The notes: a model not told the origin generated them from the letters alone. 64,000 bases of DNA from an uncultured delta proteobacterium (GCA_963850225.1 CAWKLD010000002.1:10107-74106), one strand, 5' to 3'. Positions 52,824-62,913 are shown, numbered from the stretch's first letter. Made by a program: numbers and translations.

Positions 52824-53465
52824 TCAGTACAAAGATTCCTTTTTGTTTTTCATAATAAACAGCGGAGCCAGAAAACCGGACACCGGCCCAACCCTTACCT
52901 CCCATCTGGTTAACTGCCGAATCGCGTTTTTCTGCGATTCGGCCAATCCGGGGATGATGAGCGTCTGATGAACGATTTTATTTGCGACCTCGTTATCCTG
53001 CATGGATTTCCAAACATCAATGGCTTTGAACATCCGTTCGTGTACGGCGTTATCTACAGAATATCCATGTGTAAATATCGGCAACAGGTAAGCACGTGAG
53101 TCTGTCTGCTCGAGAATAGTTTGCATAATTTGCACGGTCTGGCGAAAATTGCAGGTGATCAGCAATGGATCATCTGCACCTGGGGAACCAATTTCTATCA
53201 ACCTGCAATCAGCCTGCTCCATCATGATATTATAGGGAATAGGATCTTTATCCAATTTTACGATTGAAGCCATAACGTTGGCAAGATCGGCGGACAGTTC
53301 CGGACATTTGTGCGGCGCCAGTTTTTGAGTTAGAACAGCTTCGGCAAATTCAACACAGTTGTCAAAACCGCAGGCTCCACAATCGATTTCAGGCAAATAG
53401 CTACTGAAATCTTCGGCTTCAGGCGGATAAATACTGGCCATTTCCTGTTCAACGACCATAGGCAT
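52824..53465 (-). CDS. minimal corrinoid/Fe-S protein: CFeSP-type [4Fe-4S] domain fused to an AcsC/HgcA-type corrinoid-binding domain
   Basis: 213 aa, intact. CGACGFDNC-X16-C gives the C-X2-C-X4-C-X16-C spacing of the CFeSP large subunit/RnfB FeS domain. The C-terminal half LLITCNFRQTV...LLPIFTHGYSVDNAVHERMF...HQTLIIPGLAES...WEVRVGPVSGFLAPLFI is collinear with the HgcA/AcsC corrinoid domain. Confidence 0.6.
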   Translation of the reverse strand: MPMVVEQEMASIYPPEAEDFSSYLPEIDCGACGFDNCVEFAEAVLTQKLAPHKCPELSADLANVMASIVKLDKDPIPYNIMMEQADCRLIEIGSPGADDPLLITCNFRQTVQIMQTILEQTDSRAYLLPIFTHGYSVDNAVHERMFKAIDVWKSMQDNEVANKIVHQTLIIPGLAESQKNAIRQLTRWEVRVGPVSGFLAPLFIMKNKKESLY

Positions 53466-53623
53466 TACTCCTTGATGCGATTATCTGGTTCATTTGTTGT
53501 GTAAGGTTTTCCAGTCTGTTTATTAAAGAAAGGATTTCCCGGCAGTGAGACCCAAAATGAATCATCTGTTTTCCCGACAGCCTGTTTACAGACAAAATAC
53601 ATATGCCTTCAGGCTTGTCCGGA

Positions 53624-54196
53624 TCATTCAACGGCGATAAATTTTTTGGCGTCAACTCCGCAATAGGGACATTTTTTCGGTGGCTCATTCTCGACAGTGT
53701 GGCCGCACAACGGGCAGACATGATACACAGTCGTCTGAACGTCAGCCGGATCACGCAATGCTTTTTTAAACAGCTTTGCATGAACCATTTCAATAGACAT
53801 GGCGTACTCCAGGCTGTGCCTGGCATCAAGCGCATTTTCTTCGACTGCATCCCGAATCATTGCAGGATACATTATTTTAAACTCTTCTGTTTCACCATCG
53901 ATCGCAGCCTGGAGATTCTCGGCTGTCGATTTAACGCTGCCACCTGACTCAAGCTGCGCTATGGCAAGGGCTGATTTTTCTTCCGAATTCAGATCGACAA
54001 TGATCTGTTCTTCCGCCTTCAAAACACATTGATGGGATTTCGCATGGACTTTTTCAGCTACCGCCGCTGCTCTAAAAAGGCGTGCCACTCCGGAATATCC
54101 TTCTTTTTCGGCCTGTTTTGCAAAAGCACGATACCGAATGCTTGCGTGAGCCTCTCCGTTCAATGCATGATGAAGATTTTGTGCTGTTTTGCTCAT
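53624..54196 (-). CDS. rubrerythrin
   Basis: 190 aa. Diiron four-helix motifs (EAHASIRY, EKVHAKSH, EFKIMYP, EMVHAKLF) and C-terminal rubredoxin CPLCGH...CPYCG. Confidence 0.9.
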   Translation of the reverse strand: MSKTAQNLHHALNGEAHASIRYRAFAKQAEKEGYSGVARLFRAAAVAEKVHAKSHQCVLKAEEQIIVDLNSEEKSALAIAQLESGGSVKSTAENLQAAIDGETEEFKIMYPAMIRDAVEENALDARHSLEYAMSIEMVHAKLFKKALRDPADVQTTVYHVCPLCGHTVENEPPKKCPYCGVDAKKFIAVE

Positions 54197-54254
54197 TGAA
54201 TCGCTCCTGTAACAAGATTGGGGTTGGTTGGAATCGTCTGATATTTTCCCCTTC

Positions 54255-56037
54255 TCACGGGGAGGTGATCAGCGCGATCAAATCGAACACTTTTTCCTTG
54301 CAGGCTCTTTCACATCTGCGACAGGCCACGCCATCGCAAAGGGCCAGATTAATGGATATTCTATAATTCGCATTTTCCGTTTCCATTTCCAGCGCATTCT
54401 CGGGGCATTCCGCAACGCAGTCTTCACAGCCGATACAGCCGTCAAATCGGCAGGATCGCATGCGTCCGAGATCGGAGACGATTTTCAAGCCCATCTGGCC
54501 GAAATCCGGAATATCTCTTTCAACGGTTTTAATGACTTCCGGACGCCTGGTCACTTCATGGATTTCGGGCAGGCCATATTTTTTCAGAAATTTCTGGTAT
54601 TGCACAAAGGGCATGCCTTCGGTCCAGAAAGACAATTCCAGAATATAGACCTTTTCAAACGTCTTGGAAGCTGCAAACATACAATGATGTTGCCTGAGGT
54701 CATCGGCAACCTTCTTCATATGCCAGAGCGCATCATCCGATTTTACCACATCCCGGGCCATGGCCAGAGATGTGTTGCCAACCTGATAAATTTTTTGAAC
54801 ACCGGAAGGAATCATACCGATTTCCTGGGCTTTTAATAGCATCCACATAGGTACCGGATGCCCCGGAGCAGTAAGCGACTTTGATATCGTTCAAGTCGAT
54901 GCCTGCCTCATGGCATAGCGTGATATGACCGGCCCTGACGGCACCGATCGCCTTGCCGGCCTCCAGCAGGTCTTTTTCGGTAAATTTGATTCCATTTGGT
55001 AGATGAATTTCCGTATCCAGTGTGTTGATGCGGGGAATTTTGATCAACCTGGCTTTCAGACATTGGCTGATCAGTCCGACCACGCCGGTTCCGGTGATTC
55101 CGACGGCCGCGTAATCACCGGTCTCAAGACATCTTCCGGTATTCGGATCGACCGTATCTCCCGAACGGGCATGCATGTCCTGACCGAGAACAAAGGTTTT
55201 CAGTCGTCCTTTTAGGGGTTTGTCGCTGACTGGTCGTGCCGGTTATGCAGCCGTTGGAAGAATTGTGATCGCTCTTATCGCTCATCCTCGAAATAAATTT
55301 TGATTCGGATTCAATCGGCCGGATGTGCGCGAAGAACATCCGGCCAGCGTGACGGTTTCGGGTTCAAATTCGACATCACTGATCGCACCTGGAAGCGCCA
55401 GAAGTCCATCTTCGATATGCTGGCCTTCCAGTGCAGGTCCGGCGGCAGTGGAGCCGGTATAAACCTTTCCGTTTACCAGCAGCGCAATCTCGTTATTGGT
55501 ACCATAGTCCGTTACAACAACAATCTCTTTCTGATCCAGCATGCCGGTTTGAATCATCATGGCCAACGCATCGGCCCCGATTTCATGCCGAACCGCAGGT
55601 GGAATCAGAACATCCACTTCGGGTAACAAATCAAGGCCTGAAATTTCATGCGCTTTTACGATCATGGCATCGCGCTTGGGCGGCACCACGCCCAATGCAT
55701 CCAGTTTTCTTTTGCCGGCATAGGCCAGATCCCTGAATTCAATTTTCTGGAAAAGAGATAGTTGTATGGGATTTCCACATACCGCCACGCGAACGATCTG
55801 ATTTTTTTCTAACCGCAAATTGTCAATCACCTTGTTGACGGCATCCAGTACAATCTGATGGGTTTTCTCCAGACCGATCTCAAGGGCAAAGTGCAGATGG
55901 TCTATTACATTGGCACCGGGAAGAGGATGGCGTGTGGTAACAGCCGTTGACAAAATCATGCCGTTCTGGTCCAGATCCAGAGCCTGTCCGCGAAATCCGC
56001 TGGTGCCTAAATCCAGTGCAATACCGATTTTGCTCAA
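54255..56037 (-). pseudogene. RamA/RACo-type ATP-dependent reductive activase of corrinoid proteins (ASKHA fold plus C-terminal 2x[4Fe-4S] ferredoxin), about three frame switches
   Basis: Pieces 55282..56037, 55124..55339, 54733..55176 and 54255..54848. IALDLGTSGFRGQALD and VVVTDYGTNNEIAL ASKHA motifs. C-terminus CIGCEDCVAECP and CDGVACRRCERAC. The first and third pieces share a frame. The last switch is at T4 54831-54834. Confidence 0.75.
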
Positions 56038-56080
56038 TTGATGTTTTGCTCCTTTATTAATAACCTGTCGGCCGTATCGA

Positions 56081-56305
56081 TCAAGCTTGTGGATCCTTCA
56101 GCAGGCGCCGGCATTTCATACAAATCCAGTTCTCTTCGTCATCGGTCGATATCTGGGGAAAATGACCGTATAAATCATAATGGTCATTTCGAATCCGAGT
56201 CCAGTATTGTTTCACTTCCGTACAGGACAACCGCCTTCCCAAATCGTTTTCCGCGTCCGAATGCCAGCGGCCACATTTTGTACAACTCAGCATGGTCTCG
56301 ATCAA
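56081..56305 (-). CDS. small zinc-ribbon-like protein
   Basis: 70-74 aa (TTG at 56305 or ATG at 56293). CTKCG...(X48)...CMKC pairs of Cys. 43 bp upstream of the activase gene. Weak RBS. Confidence 0.4.
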   Translation of the reverse strand: MIETMLSCTKCGRWHSDAENDLGRRLSCTEVKQYWTRIRNDHYDLYGHFPQISTDDEENWICMKCRRLLKDPQA

Positions 56306-56423
56306 TTCCCGAGAAAAGAACGGTGAACAAATGTCCGATATTCAGAACTTGATGTGGATATTTTTTCGAAATGGCGAATGCAATTCAGTCCGGATTATTG
56401 CATGCTTACGTGATTTTGATCCC

Positions 56424-56454
56424 AAAAAACGCATTCCGGGTTTGACCCGGAATG
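56424..56454 (-). terminator. rho-independent terminator downstream of mtaB
   Basis: CATTCCGGG / CCCGGAATG 9-bp stem (56432-56440 / 56446-56454) with a 5-nt loop, followed on the minus strand by CGTTTTTTGGG (A6 at 56424-56429 on plus). Confidence 0.7.
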
Positions 56455-56464
56455 GCGGTATTTT

Positions 56465-56500
56465 CTGCCGGTTCCCAATCTGGAGCTTGGGAACCGGCAG
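56465..56500. repeat. perfect 14-bp inverted repeat (CTGCCGGTTCCCAA-N8-TTGGGAACCGGCAG)
   Basis: Read directly: arms 56465-56478 and 56487-56500. It lies between the mtaB stop and the terminator. A third 7-bp hairpin sits at 56534-56553. Confidence 0.8.
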
Positions 56501-56553
56501 ATGCGCGGATTATGGCGCAGTTCAACACTTTCGGTCCGTTCAGTCGAACGGAC

Positions 56554-57929
56554 TTAGAGCCCATATGAGCCAGGATTGAATCCCTTGACATTCTTGTATT
56601 TTTTCAGACAATCGTCAATGAATGTACCTTCGTCATCCGGCAGGGCTTCCAGATCTTTCATGGCCTTATTCAAAGCCTCAGTCTCGAGCTTGGTGAGTTT
56701 CATCTTTTTGTCGCCCAGAATGATTTTGCCGGCCTCGATCGCGCCGGCTCTGGCACTGGCATAATTGCTCTTTCCCCGGTTCTGGACAATGGCGTTGCCA
56801 ACTTTCCATGCATTGTCCGGTGCCAGAATCAGACTGTGGGAATCCCGATACATATCGGAGTTGACCAGAATTTCTTTCATCTGCTGCTGATAGCCCAGTT
56901 CGATGGCGGAGTTGAACATGGCGCAGTCGTACCCGAGGATCTCGGCGAAGACCGATGTCGTGGTGGCGCCGAACATGTCATGGTATTCCACGGCCTCGTT
57001 GCTCCACACGTCGGTTACGGCGGCAATGAGGTTGCCCGCCAGGTCGGAATGCGCGCAAGCGCTGGTTTTACCCTCGCAGGAGATGGGAACACCGGCCATG
57101 GCTTTGATGATGGGATCTTCGTATGCACAGTCTTTGGTCGGACCAGTGGCGCCGCATTCGTAGGCCACCAGGGTTCTGGATGCGGCAATGGCACGGGACA
57201 AAGCAGCCATGACTGAGGCACGTCCTTGGATGTCATACCGCCGGCCATGAACATGGCGGTATTGGCCTCGGAGCAGTTAGGTGTCGCCGCCAGGGATGCA
57301 GTTGTTCTTTTTGGCGATAGCGACGATCTGATCCCACATCCACTCCATATCGATGGCGCCCAGTACACCGATACCGAACAGAATCCCCGCGATATCGTTA
57401 CGGATGATGGCATGGTCAAAAACCTCTTTGCCACCCATGGACTCGATGGAAACAATATCTGCATATTTGGCACATTCTTTGAAGGATTCAATGACCTCCG
57501 GGTGTAGTCACTTTGACGCATGTCGACCATATCGGGTTTGCGCAGATCGGCGATGGTAGCGCGATATGCAGCCTTCAATCCATATTTGGACAGGTAATCA
57601 TCCATCTGTTTGGCTGTCTGTGCGGCAATTTCTCCACCCCATTTCGGGTTGTGGGTCATCTGGAAGATATGTTCATTTTCAATCTGCAAAGTTGGATGTC
57701 CGACAATTACCATTCTTTCCAGGGCATCGCCGTTGGCCTTTTCATATTCCCTCAGCAATGTTTTCATGGTCTTTTCACTGCCGGGCCGGGGATGCGGCAC
57801 CACCTCGGGATGTACCAATCCGCCGCCGATTACAATTCCTCTCTTGGTGGTCACGGGATACTTGGCCGTGCCGAACATCATTTCCGCGCCGTCTTTGTAA
57901 GCCATCTTGGTGAGTTTTTTACGTGCCAT
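56554..57929 (-). pseudogene. mtaB: methanol--corrinoid protein Co-methyltransferase (MtaB family), three frame switches
   Basis: Pieces 57929 to about 57500 (frame A), about 57500-57285 (frame B), about 57285-57222 (A), and 57210..56554 (B). Collinear with Methanosarcina MtaB as I recall it: MARKKLTKMAYKDG...TAKYPV, SIESMGGKE, GGDT-CSEANTAMF, GKTSACAHSD, ...KGFNPGSYGL. Zn-ligand positions (Glu, Cys, Cys) are retained. Confidence 0.85.
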
Positions 57930-58092
57930 GTTTGATTCTCCCTTTTTGTTTTTTTGTTATTGAATGATTTCATTTCGGTTGTAACTCTTGGCTTTGATCT
58001 CTGCTGGCTGTTCTATGTCGGTTCTTCCCCCTTTCACGATTTCATGACCCCCAAGATCACGCCATGAACTTAACAGTTTGTAATTGATAGGT

Positions 58093-58108
58093 TGCAATCG
58101 AAGTGCCA
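58093..58108 (-). promoter_or_regulatory. sigma-54 (-24/-12) promoter of mtaB
   Basis: The minus strand reads TGGCACTTCGATTGCA, an exact TGGCAC-N5-TTGCA match, 164 nt upstream of the mtaB ATG and just downstream of the activator gene stop. Confidence 0.75.
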
Positions 58109-58175
58109 CCAGAACCAGTCAATTTGAATACTTTATAACATCACTGATATAGTACAATATAATTTCCAGGACAAA

Positions 58176-59663
58176 TCATGCTGTGTTCGGATGGGATTCC
58201 CAAATGTAACCATCGGTGACAGATCTGCTTGTTAAATGTAACAACCGGTTACATACAGATGATGACAATCCGTATTCCGAAAGCCTCAGATAGAGCAGTC
58301 GCCGCGTAATACCCAGCATTTTTGCCGCTGCCAGTTTATTGCCTTTGGTCAATTCAAGCGTTTTAACCAGCAACTCCTTTTCAACATCCCGAAGCCGAAC
58401 CCCCCCGTCGGGCAGTTGATTAATCATGCCCGTGGACTGAATTTCCATGCCAGTTTTCCGGCTCACTTCTTCCGGAAGGTCCTGAATGGTGATTTCTCCA
58501 TTTGAACAGGTCACCAGAAGCCGTTCTACAATATTGGCCAACTCCCGCACATTGCCCGGATAGCCGTAGCACATCAAAAGGTCTTTGACTTCTTCGGTCA
58601 GGACCGGTACTGCCAGATCCATTTCTTTTGCATAAACTTCCAGAAAATGATTCAGCAGCAGGGGAATGTCTTCCTTCCTGTCTCTCAACGGCGGGATAGT
58701 GATGGGTACGACATTGAGACGATAGAACAGATCATCTCGGAAATATCCCGATTTTACATCTTTTTTCAAATCCTGGCTGGTAGCTGCAATAATCCGCACA
58801 TCGGTTTTGATGGTGGCATTGCCTCCAACCCGCTGAAATTCTTTTTCCTGGAGTATTCTGAGCAGCTTGACCTGAAGCGCCTTGTCCAGTTCGCCGATTT
58901 CATCCAGAAACAAGGTGCCACCACTGGCAATTTCAAATTTGCCTTTACGCTGCTGCATCGCCGTGGTGAAGGCGCCGCGCTCGTGGCCGAACAGTTCGCT
59001 TTCCATCAGACTGGCTGGGATGGCGCCGCAGTTGATCGCAACAAAAGGAAAGTTTCTGCGAGTGCTGGTCTGACAGATCGTTCGGGCAATCAACTCTTTG
59101 CCCGTACCGCTTTCACCCTGAATCAAAACAGTGGCCGATGTAGGTTTCAATTTTTCGATCAGTCGATAAATGTCGTTAATGCCCCGGCTTTTACCGATAA
59201 TCACCCCAAAACGCTGTCTGGGTTCATCGGGTTTGACTGCCGTTTCTGATGACGATCTTTTCGTCCCCATTTTTTGGGCGATTCCCATCAGAATCGTGTT
59301 GAGACTGTGTTTGAGGCCCGGGCCTGAGTATTCATAAAACCCGCCGCCCTGGTATAAAAAAGGACCCATCGGACCGGTAATCAGAATCGCGGCATCGGGC
59401 GCAATTCGCCTGGCCTGTTGAAAAAAACCGCCGCCACCCATTTCCGAGGATTTAATGTCGATGATAATGATGGATACCGTTTTTGAATGACTGTTCAGTA
59501 CGGCCAGTCCCTGATGCTCATCCGCCACCCACAGCGGATCGAAGTCCTTTGAAGAAATAAACCGCGACAGAGACTGAAATGCCCGATACCGGTCATCGAC
59601 AATCAGAACCAGCGGCTTATCGCCTTTTGTCGGTCTGAACGTTTTTTCTTCTGAACTTATCAT
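58176..59663 (-). CDS. sigma-54-dependent response regulator (NtrC-type: receiver, AAA+, Fis HTH)
   Basis: 495 aa. Receiver LVLIVDD...[11 protein letters not shown]+ [11 protein letters not shown] and the GAFTTA (GAFTGA variant) loop. C-terminal [19 protein letters not shown]. Start overlaps the cobW-like stop (ATGA at 59660-59663). Confidence 0.85.
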   Translation of the reverse strand: MISSEEKTFRPTKGDKPLVLIVDDRYRAFQSLSRFISSKDFDPLWVADEHQGLAVLNSHSKTVSIIIIDIKSSEMGGGGFFQQARRIAPDAAILITGPMGPFLYQGGGFYEYSGPGLKHSLNTILMGIAQKMGTKRSSSETAVKPDEPRQRFGVIIGKSRGINDIYRLIEKLKPTSATVLIQGESGTGKELIARTICQTSTRRNFPFVAINCGAIPASLMESELFGHERGAFTTAMQQRKGKFEIASGGTLFLDEIGELDKALQVKLLRILQEKEFQRVGGNATIKTDVRIIAATSQDLKKDVKSGYFRDDLFYRLNVVPITIPPLRDRKEDIPLLLNHFLEVYAKEMDLAVPVLTEEVKDLLMCYGYPGNVRELANIVERLLVTCSNGEITIQDLPEEVSRKTGMEIQSTGMINQLPDGGVRLRDVEKELLVKTLELTKGNKLAAAKMLGITRRLLYLRLSEYGLSSSVCNRLLHLTSRSVTDGYIWESHPNTA

Positions 59664-60788
59664 TTGTTAAGCCTGCACTCCTGCTCGGACCCTTGTCGCA
59701 CTGACAAGGAATACGGATCATTGATTACGGCTTTCACTGCCGCCTGCCCGTTTGAGCGGCACTGCTGAAATGCCTTCTCGATCATCTCCCGGTTCAGGCT
59801 TTTGCCGATAACGGACACCTTGCTTTGGTTAAATGGCCGGATCGGCTGAATGGACACATCGCCGGAAGCCAGCTCCAGCACCTTCCAGGCAGTCTCTGTT
59901 CGGAATATTCCCTTGGCGCGAACGATTTCACCGTATCCGGACTGTGCGTCTGTCATCCGATGAAAAAGGCTTTCCAGGGAAAGCAGATCAAACCCGCTGT
60001 CGGCAAATACAAGGCCGAAGGATTCATAGCCCAAGGCGTCCGCAGTCTTTGTCAAAATGGGGCTGCGATCCGGCATCTTCCGGATGATCGAGTATTGTAA
60101 CCACCGGTCCTTTGCCGTTATTGGCTTTCGGCTGAACAGACGCTTTCCGGTGGCTGTCCGAATGTGTCGTTTTGTCACGATCAAGTTTGAATCCGGAACC
60201 AACAGACAGGGCGGCGTGATACTCGCTCCAGTTGATGGCTCCGAATTCGGTCATGAATACCGTCAGTTCGGGATTGATCGCGGAGATGGCGGACTGGATC
60301 ACCATGGCCTTTCGCTGATCTACCCGGTCACATTTGTTCAACATGATGATATGAGCGTTTTCCACCTGGGATTCGACAAAATGCCGGTTGGCCCGATACA
60401 GCCCCATGAAACCGGTGGCATCGGCAATCAGTATTTTGTGAATTCGGCTGATTTCCCGCTCGAACAACTGCGCTTCGAGAATCCACTGAATTTGCCCGAT
60501 TGTGGCGACCCCAGTGGGTTCTATGATGATTCTGTCCGGCTTTATGGTGCGGCTGATTTCCAGAATCTGAGCCCGAAAATCAGCCTGAAGCGTACAGCAG
60601 ATGCATCCGCTGGGCATTTCGACCACATTGCCGCCTTGTGATGACAGAAGCTCGCCATCGATACCTACATCACCAAATTCATTCACCAACACCACGATTT
60701 TTTCATCAGAATCCCATTCACGAAGGATTCGCGTGATAAACGTAGTTTTGCCGGAGCCTAAAAATCCAAAAATCACATCAACAATCAT
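59660..60788 (-). pseudogene. CobW/HypB/UreG-family (G3E) GTPase, one frame switch
   Basis: ORFs 60024..60851 and 59660..60202 are collinear. Likely start is ATG 60788 (MIVDVIFGFLGSGKTTF). CXCC motif GCICCT, NKCD, His-containing linker, and CobW_C-like tail (GYESFGLVF...VRAKGIF). Switch somewhere in 60050-60200. Confidence 0.8.
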
Positions 60789-61082
60789 CTTCGATACACT
60801 TTCCTGGTACACGGTGAAAGTTGTTAACGGATAGAAATAAACCTGAACCATGAAAATGCGATGTTCATCCGCCCTCTGAAGTCAACTTCTTATTCCGGTT
60901 CATATTCAAACTGACAGCTTTGTCAGCTTCGCAGCGATGAATTACGACGTACTGAAAAAGTGCAGTAATCATCGCTGCTCGTTTGGTTTCGCGGTCTCGC
61001 CTGAATGCTTGCCGGAACGTCATTTTTGAAACAAAATGAAATCACAACAAAAAAGAATTAAACGATTCGCCATCAGATCCTG

Positions 61083-61829
61083 TTAACCGTTCCACTTGCT
61101 TCGCAAAGATTCCCATTTTTCGCCGGCCAACGCATCTTCTGCCATGCCCGGCGCCTGGCTTGCTTCCTTGCCATATACGCCAAGATCGTAACTTGTCACA
61201 TATTCCTCGCAAACCGCACCGCCGCCGCAGATAAAGGGAATTTGAATGCCGGCGGCTTTGAGCTGATGCGCGATTTTGGGAAATGCCGTCATGGTGGTGG
61301 TCATCAGAGCGGTCCCGGTAACCATCACGGGACGATGCTCTTTACATGCCGCTACCACCTTGTCAACCGGCACATCGGCACCCAGATCAATTACCTCGAA
61401 TCCATTGGCGTTAAGCAGGGCATTAACAATCACCTGACCGATGTCATGAATATCGCCTTCGGCCGTATGGGTAACGACTTTGCCTTTTCTATCCATGGAT
61501 TTGCCCATGGCCTTCTCGCACTTGGCAATGCCGATATTCATCGCATCCGAAGAGAGAATGACCTGGGGCAGGAAATATACGCCTTCTTCCCACAGTCGGC
61601 TCACCTCGTTCATGCCGGCAATAAGTGCATCGTTAATGATGTCGAGCGGTGTTTTTGTTTTCAGGGCCTTATCCACGGCAGGGGCAATTCCATCTTCATC
61701 CCCGTCCACCACGAATTTTGCGATACTTTGCAGAATGGGATCTTTGGAAACCTGTTTGGCTTGTCCAACTTTTTCGAGGTCAAGATCGTAACGTTTAAAA
61801 ATGTTTGAGAAATCATTCAAAATTTTCAT
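61083..61829 (-). CDS. mtaC: methyltransferase cognate corrinoid protein (MtaC-type, B12-binding)
   Basis: In-frame ATG 61829 within ORF 61083..61889, preceded by GGAAAGGAG. N-terminal helical cap domain, then B12 motif GDIHDIGQ (DxHxxG), ...VMVTGTALMTTT..., GGGAV. Confidence 0.85.
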   Translation of the reverse strand: MKILNDFSNIFKRYDLDLEKVGQAKQVSKDPILQSIAKFVVDGDEDGIAPAVDKALKTKTPLDIINDALIAGMNEVSRLWEEGVYFLPQVILSSDAMNIGIAKCEKAMGKSMDRKGKVVTHTAEGDIHDIGQVIVNALLNANGFEVIDLGADVPVDKVVAACKEHRPVMVTGTALMTTTMTAFPKIAHQLKAAGIQIPFICGGGAVCEEYVTSYDLGVYGKEASQAPGMAEDALAGEKWESLRSKWNG

Positions 61830-61911
61830 AATAAAACTCCTTTCCTCATTTAAAAGTTTATTAAAATGGCTCCGGCAGGAACCACGCACATCCCTTGTTT
61901 GGAAATAACGG

Positions 61912-62913
61912 CTAATGCGCCTTGGCTACCTCCAGCATGGCCAGAAGGTTTTCCATTGGCGTACCCGGTGCAACGGCGCACCCCGGTGCCAGCATCTGGA
62001 TTCCGTCTGCGATGGATTCCTCGCTTCCGGCTCTGACCGTTGCGGCATCTTTCATAAAAAGTGTGGTGGCGGTATCCACACCGCCCATTAAAATGATATC
62101 CGGCCCGCATTTTTCCCGGGCCAATTGAGCGCTGGCTTTCGGCTCCAGACTCAGTATCTCTGCACCGGTTTGCCCCATCCAGGCAACAATGTTATCCACA
62201 TTGCCGCAGATATGCAGAATTTTAGGCACCATGATTCCTTCGAACTGGGCGGTTTGATAGTCCATCTCATAGTCCCTGTAAGTTTTTGGTGCAATCAGGT
62301 CCGGCGAAGCAGTCATGTCCTCACAGGAAATCATATCGGCTCCGGCCTCGACCAGGGCCTGGGCAAGCATATTGCCGGCTCTTTGTCCGATCTCCAGAAA
62401 CGGCCGCATTTTCTCCGGCGTCTTGAAGCTGGCCTTGAGCAGGGGAACCGTGTCGACCAGGGCGCCGGCGATGGTGAAGGGGCCGATGATCCCGCCGATA
62501 ATGAGCACTTCGTCTTTCAGCTCCTTTTTTAAAATGCGGACCGCTTTCAGCAATTCCGGAATCCTGCCGCGCGAGAGAAAATCCTTTGGAAATATCGGCG
62601 TATCATTCAGGGTATAGGGAGATGGGTGTGCAATTCCGGGAATTCCCTCTGTACCGCCGGATTTGACCCCGCATCCAAGGGCCTCGGCTTCAAATGTCTG
62701 GCAGAAAGGGACTCTTACCGCATCAAAACCGACGACGGTATAGGCGGCCAGGGCCTGTTTGGCCATGTCTTCACCTTTTTCGTGACCGCTGGGCCAGAAG
62801 GCCTGAACCTTTTCCATTTGCTCGTAGGTGACCGTGGAATTGGCACAAAAACAAGGCATACGGTCGGGTTTCTGGTGGTTTAACACTGCCATCACGCGTT
62901 CTTTGGCATTCAT
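61912..62913 (-). CDS. mtaA: methylcobamide methyltransferase of the uroporphyrinogen decarboxylase (URO-D/MtaA) family
   Basis: 333 aa. MNAKERVMAVLNHQKPDRMP start. Zn motif HICGN (H-x-C) plus the downstream Cys in LAPGCAV. RBS AGGAGG. First gene behind the riboswitch. The methyl acceptor (THF versus other) is not deducible. Confidence 0.8.
   Translation of the reverse strand: MNAKERVMAVLNHQKPDRMPCFCANSTVTYEQMEKVQAFWPSGHEKGEDMAKQALAAYTVVGFDAVRVPFCQTFEAEALGCGVKSGGTEGIPGIAHPSPYTLNDTPIFPKDFLSRGRIPELLKAVRILKKELKDEVLIIGGIIGPFTIAGALVDTVPLLKASFKTPEKMRPFLEIGQRAGNMLAQALVEAGADMISCEDMTASPDLIAPKTYRDYEMDYQTAQFEGIMVPKILHICGNVDNIVAWMGQTGAEILSLEPKASAQLAREKCGPDIILMGGVDTATTLFMKDAATVRAGSEESIADGIQMLAPGCAVAPGTPMENLLAMLEVAKAH

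Noticed and set aside
60931-60978. 10-bp inverted repeat GCAGCGATGA...TCATCGCTGC with a 28-nt loop between mtaC and cobW
   Set aside because: A 10-bp stem with a loop of up to 30 nt is expected about once or twice by chance in this window. No U-run follows.
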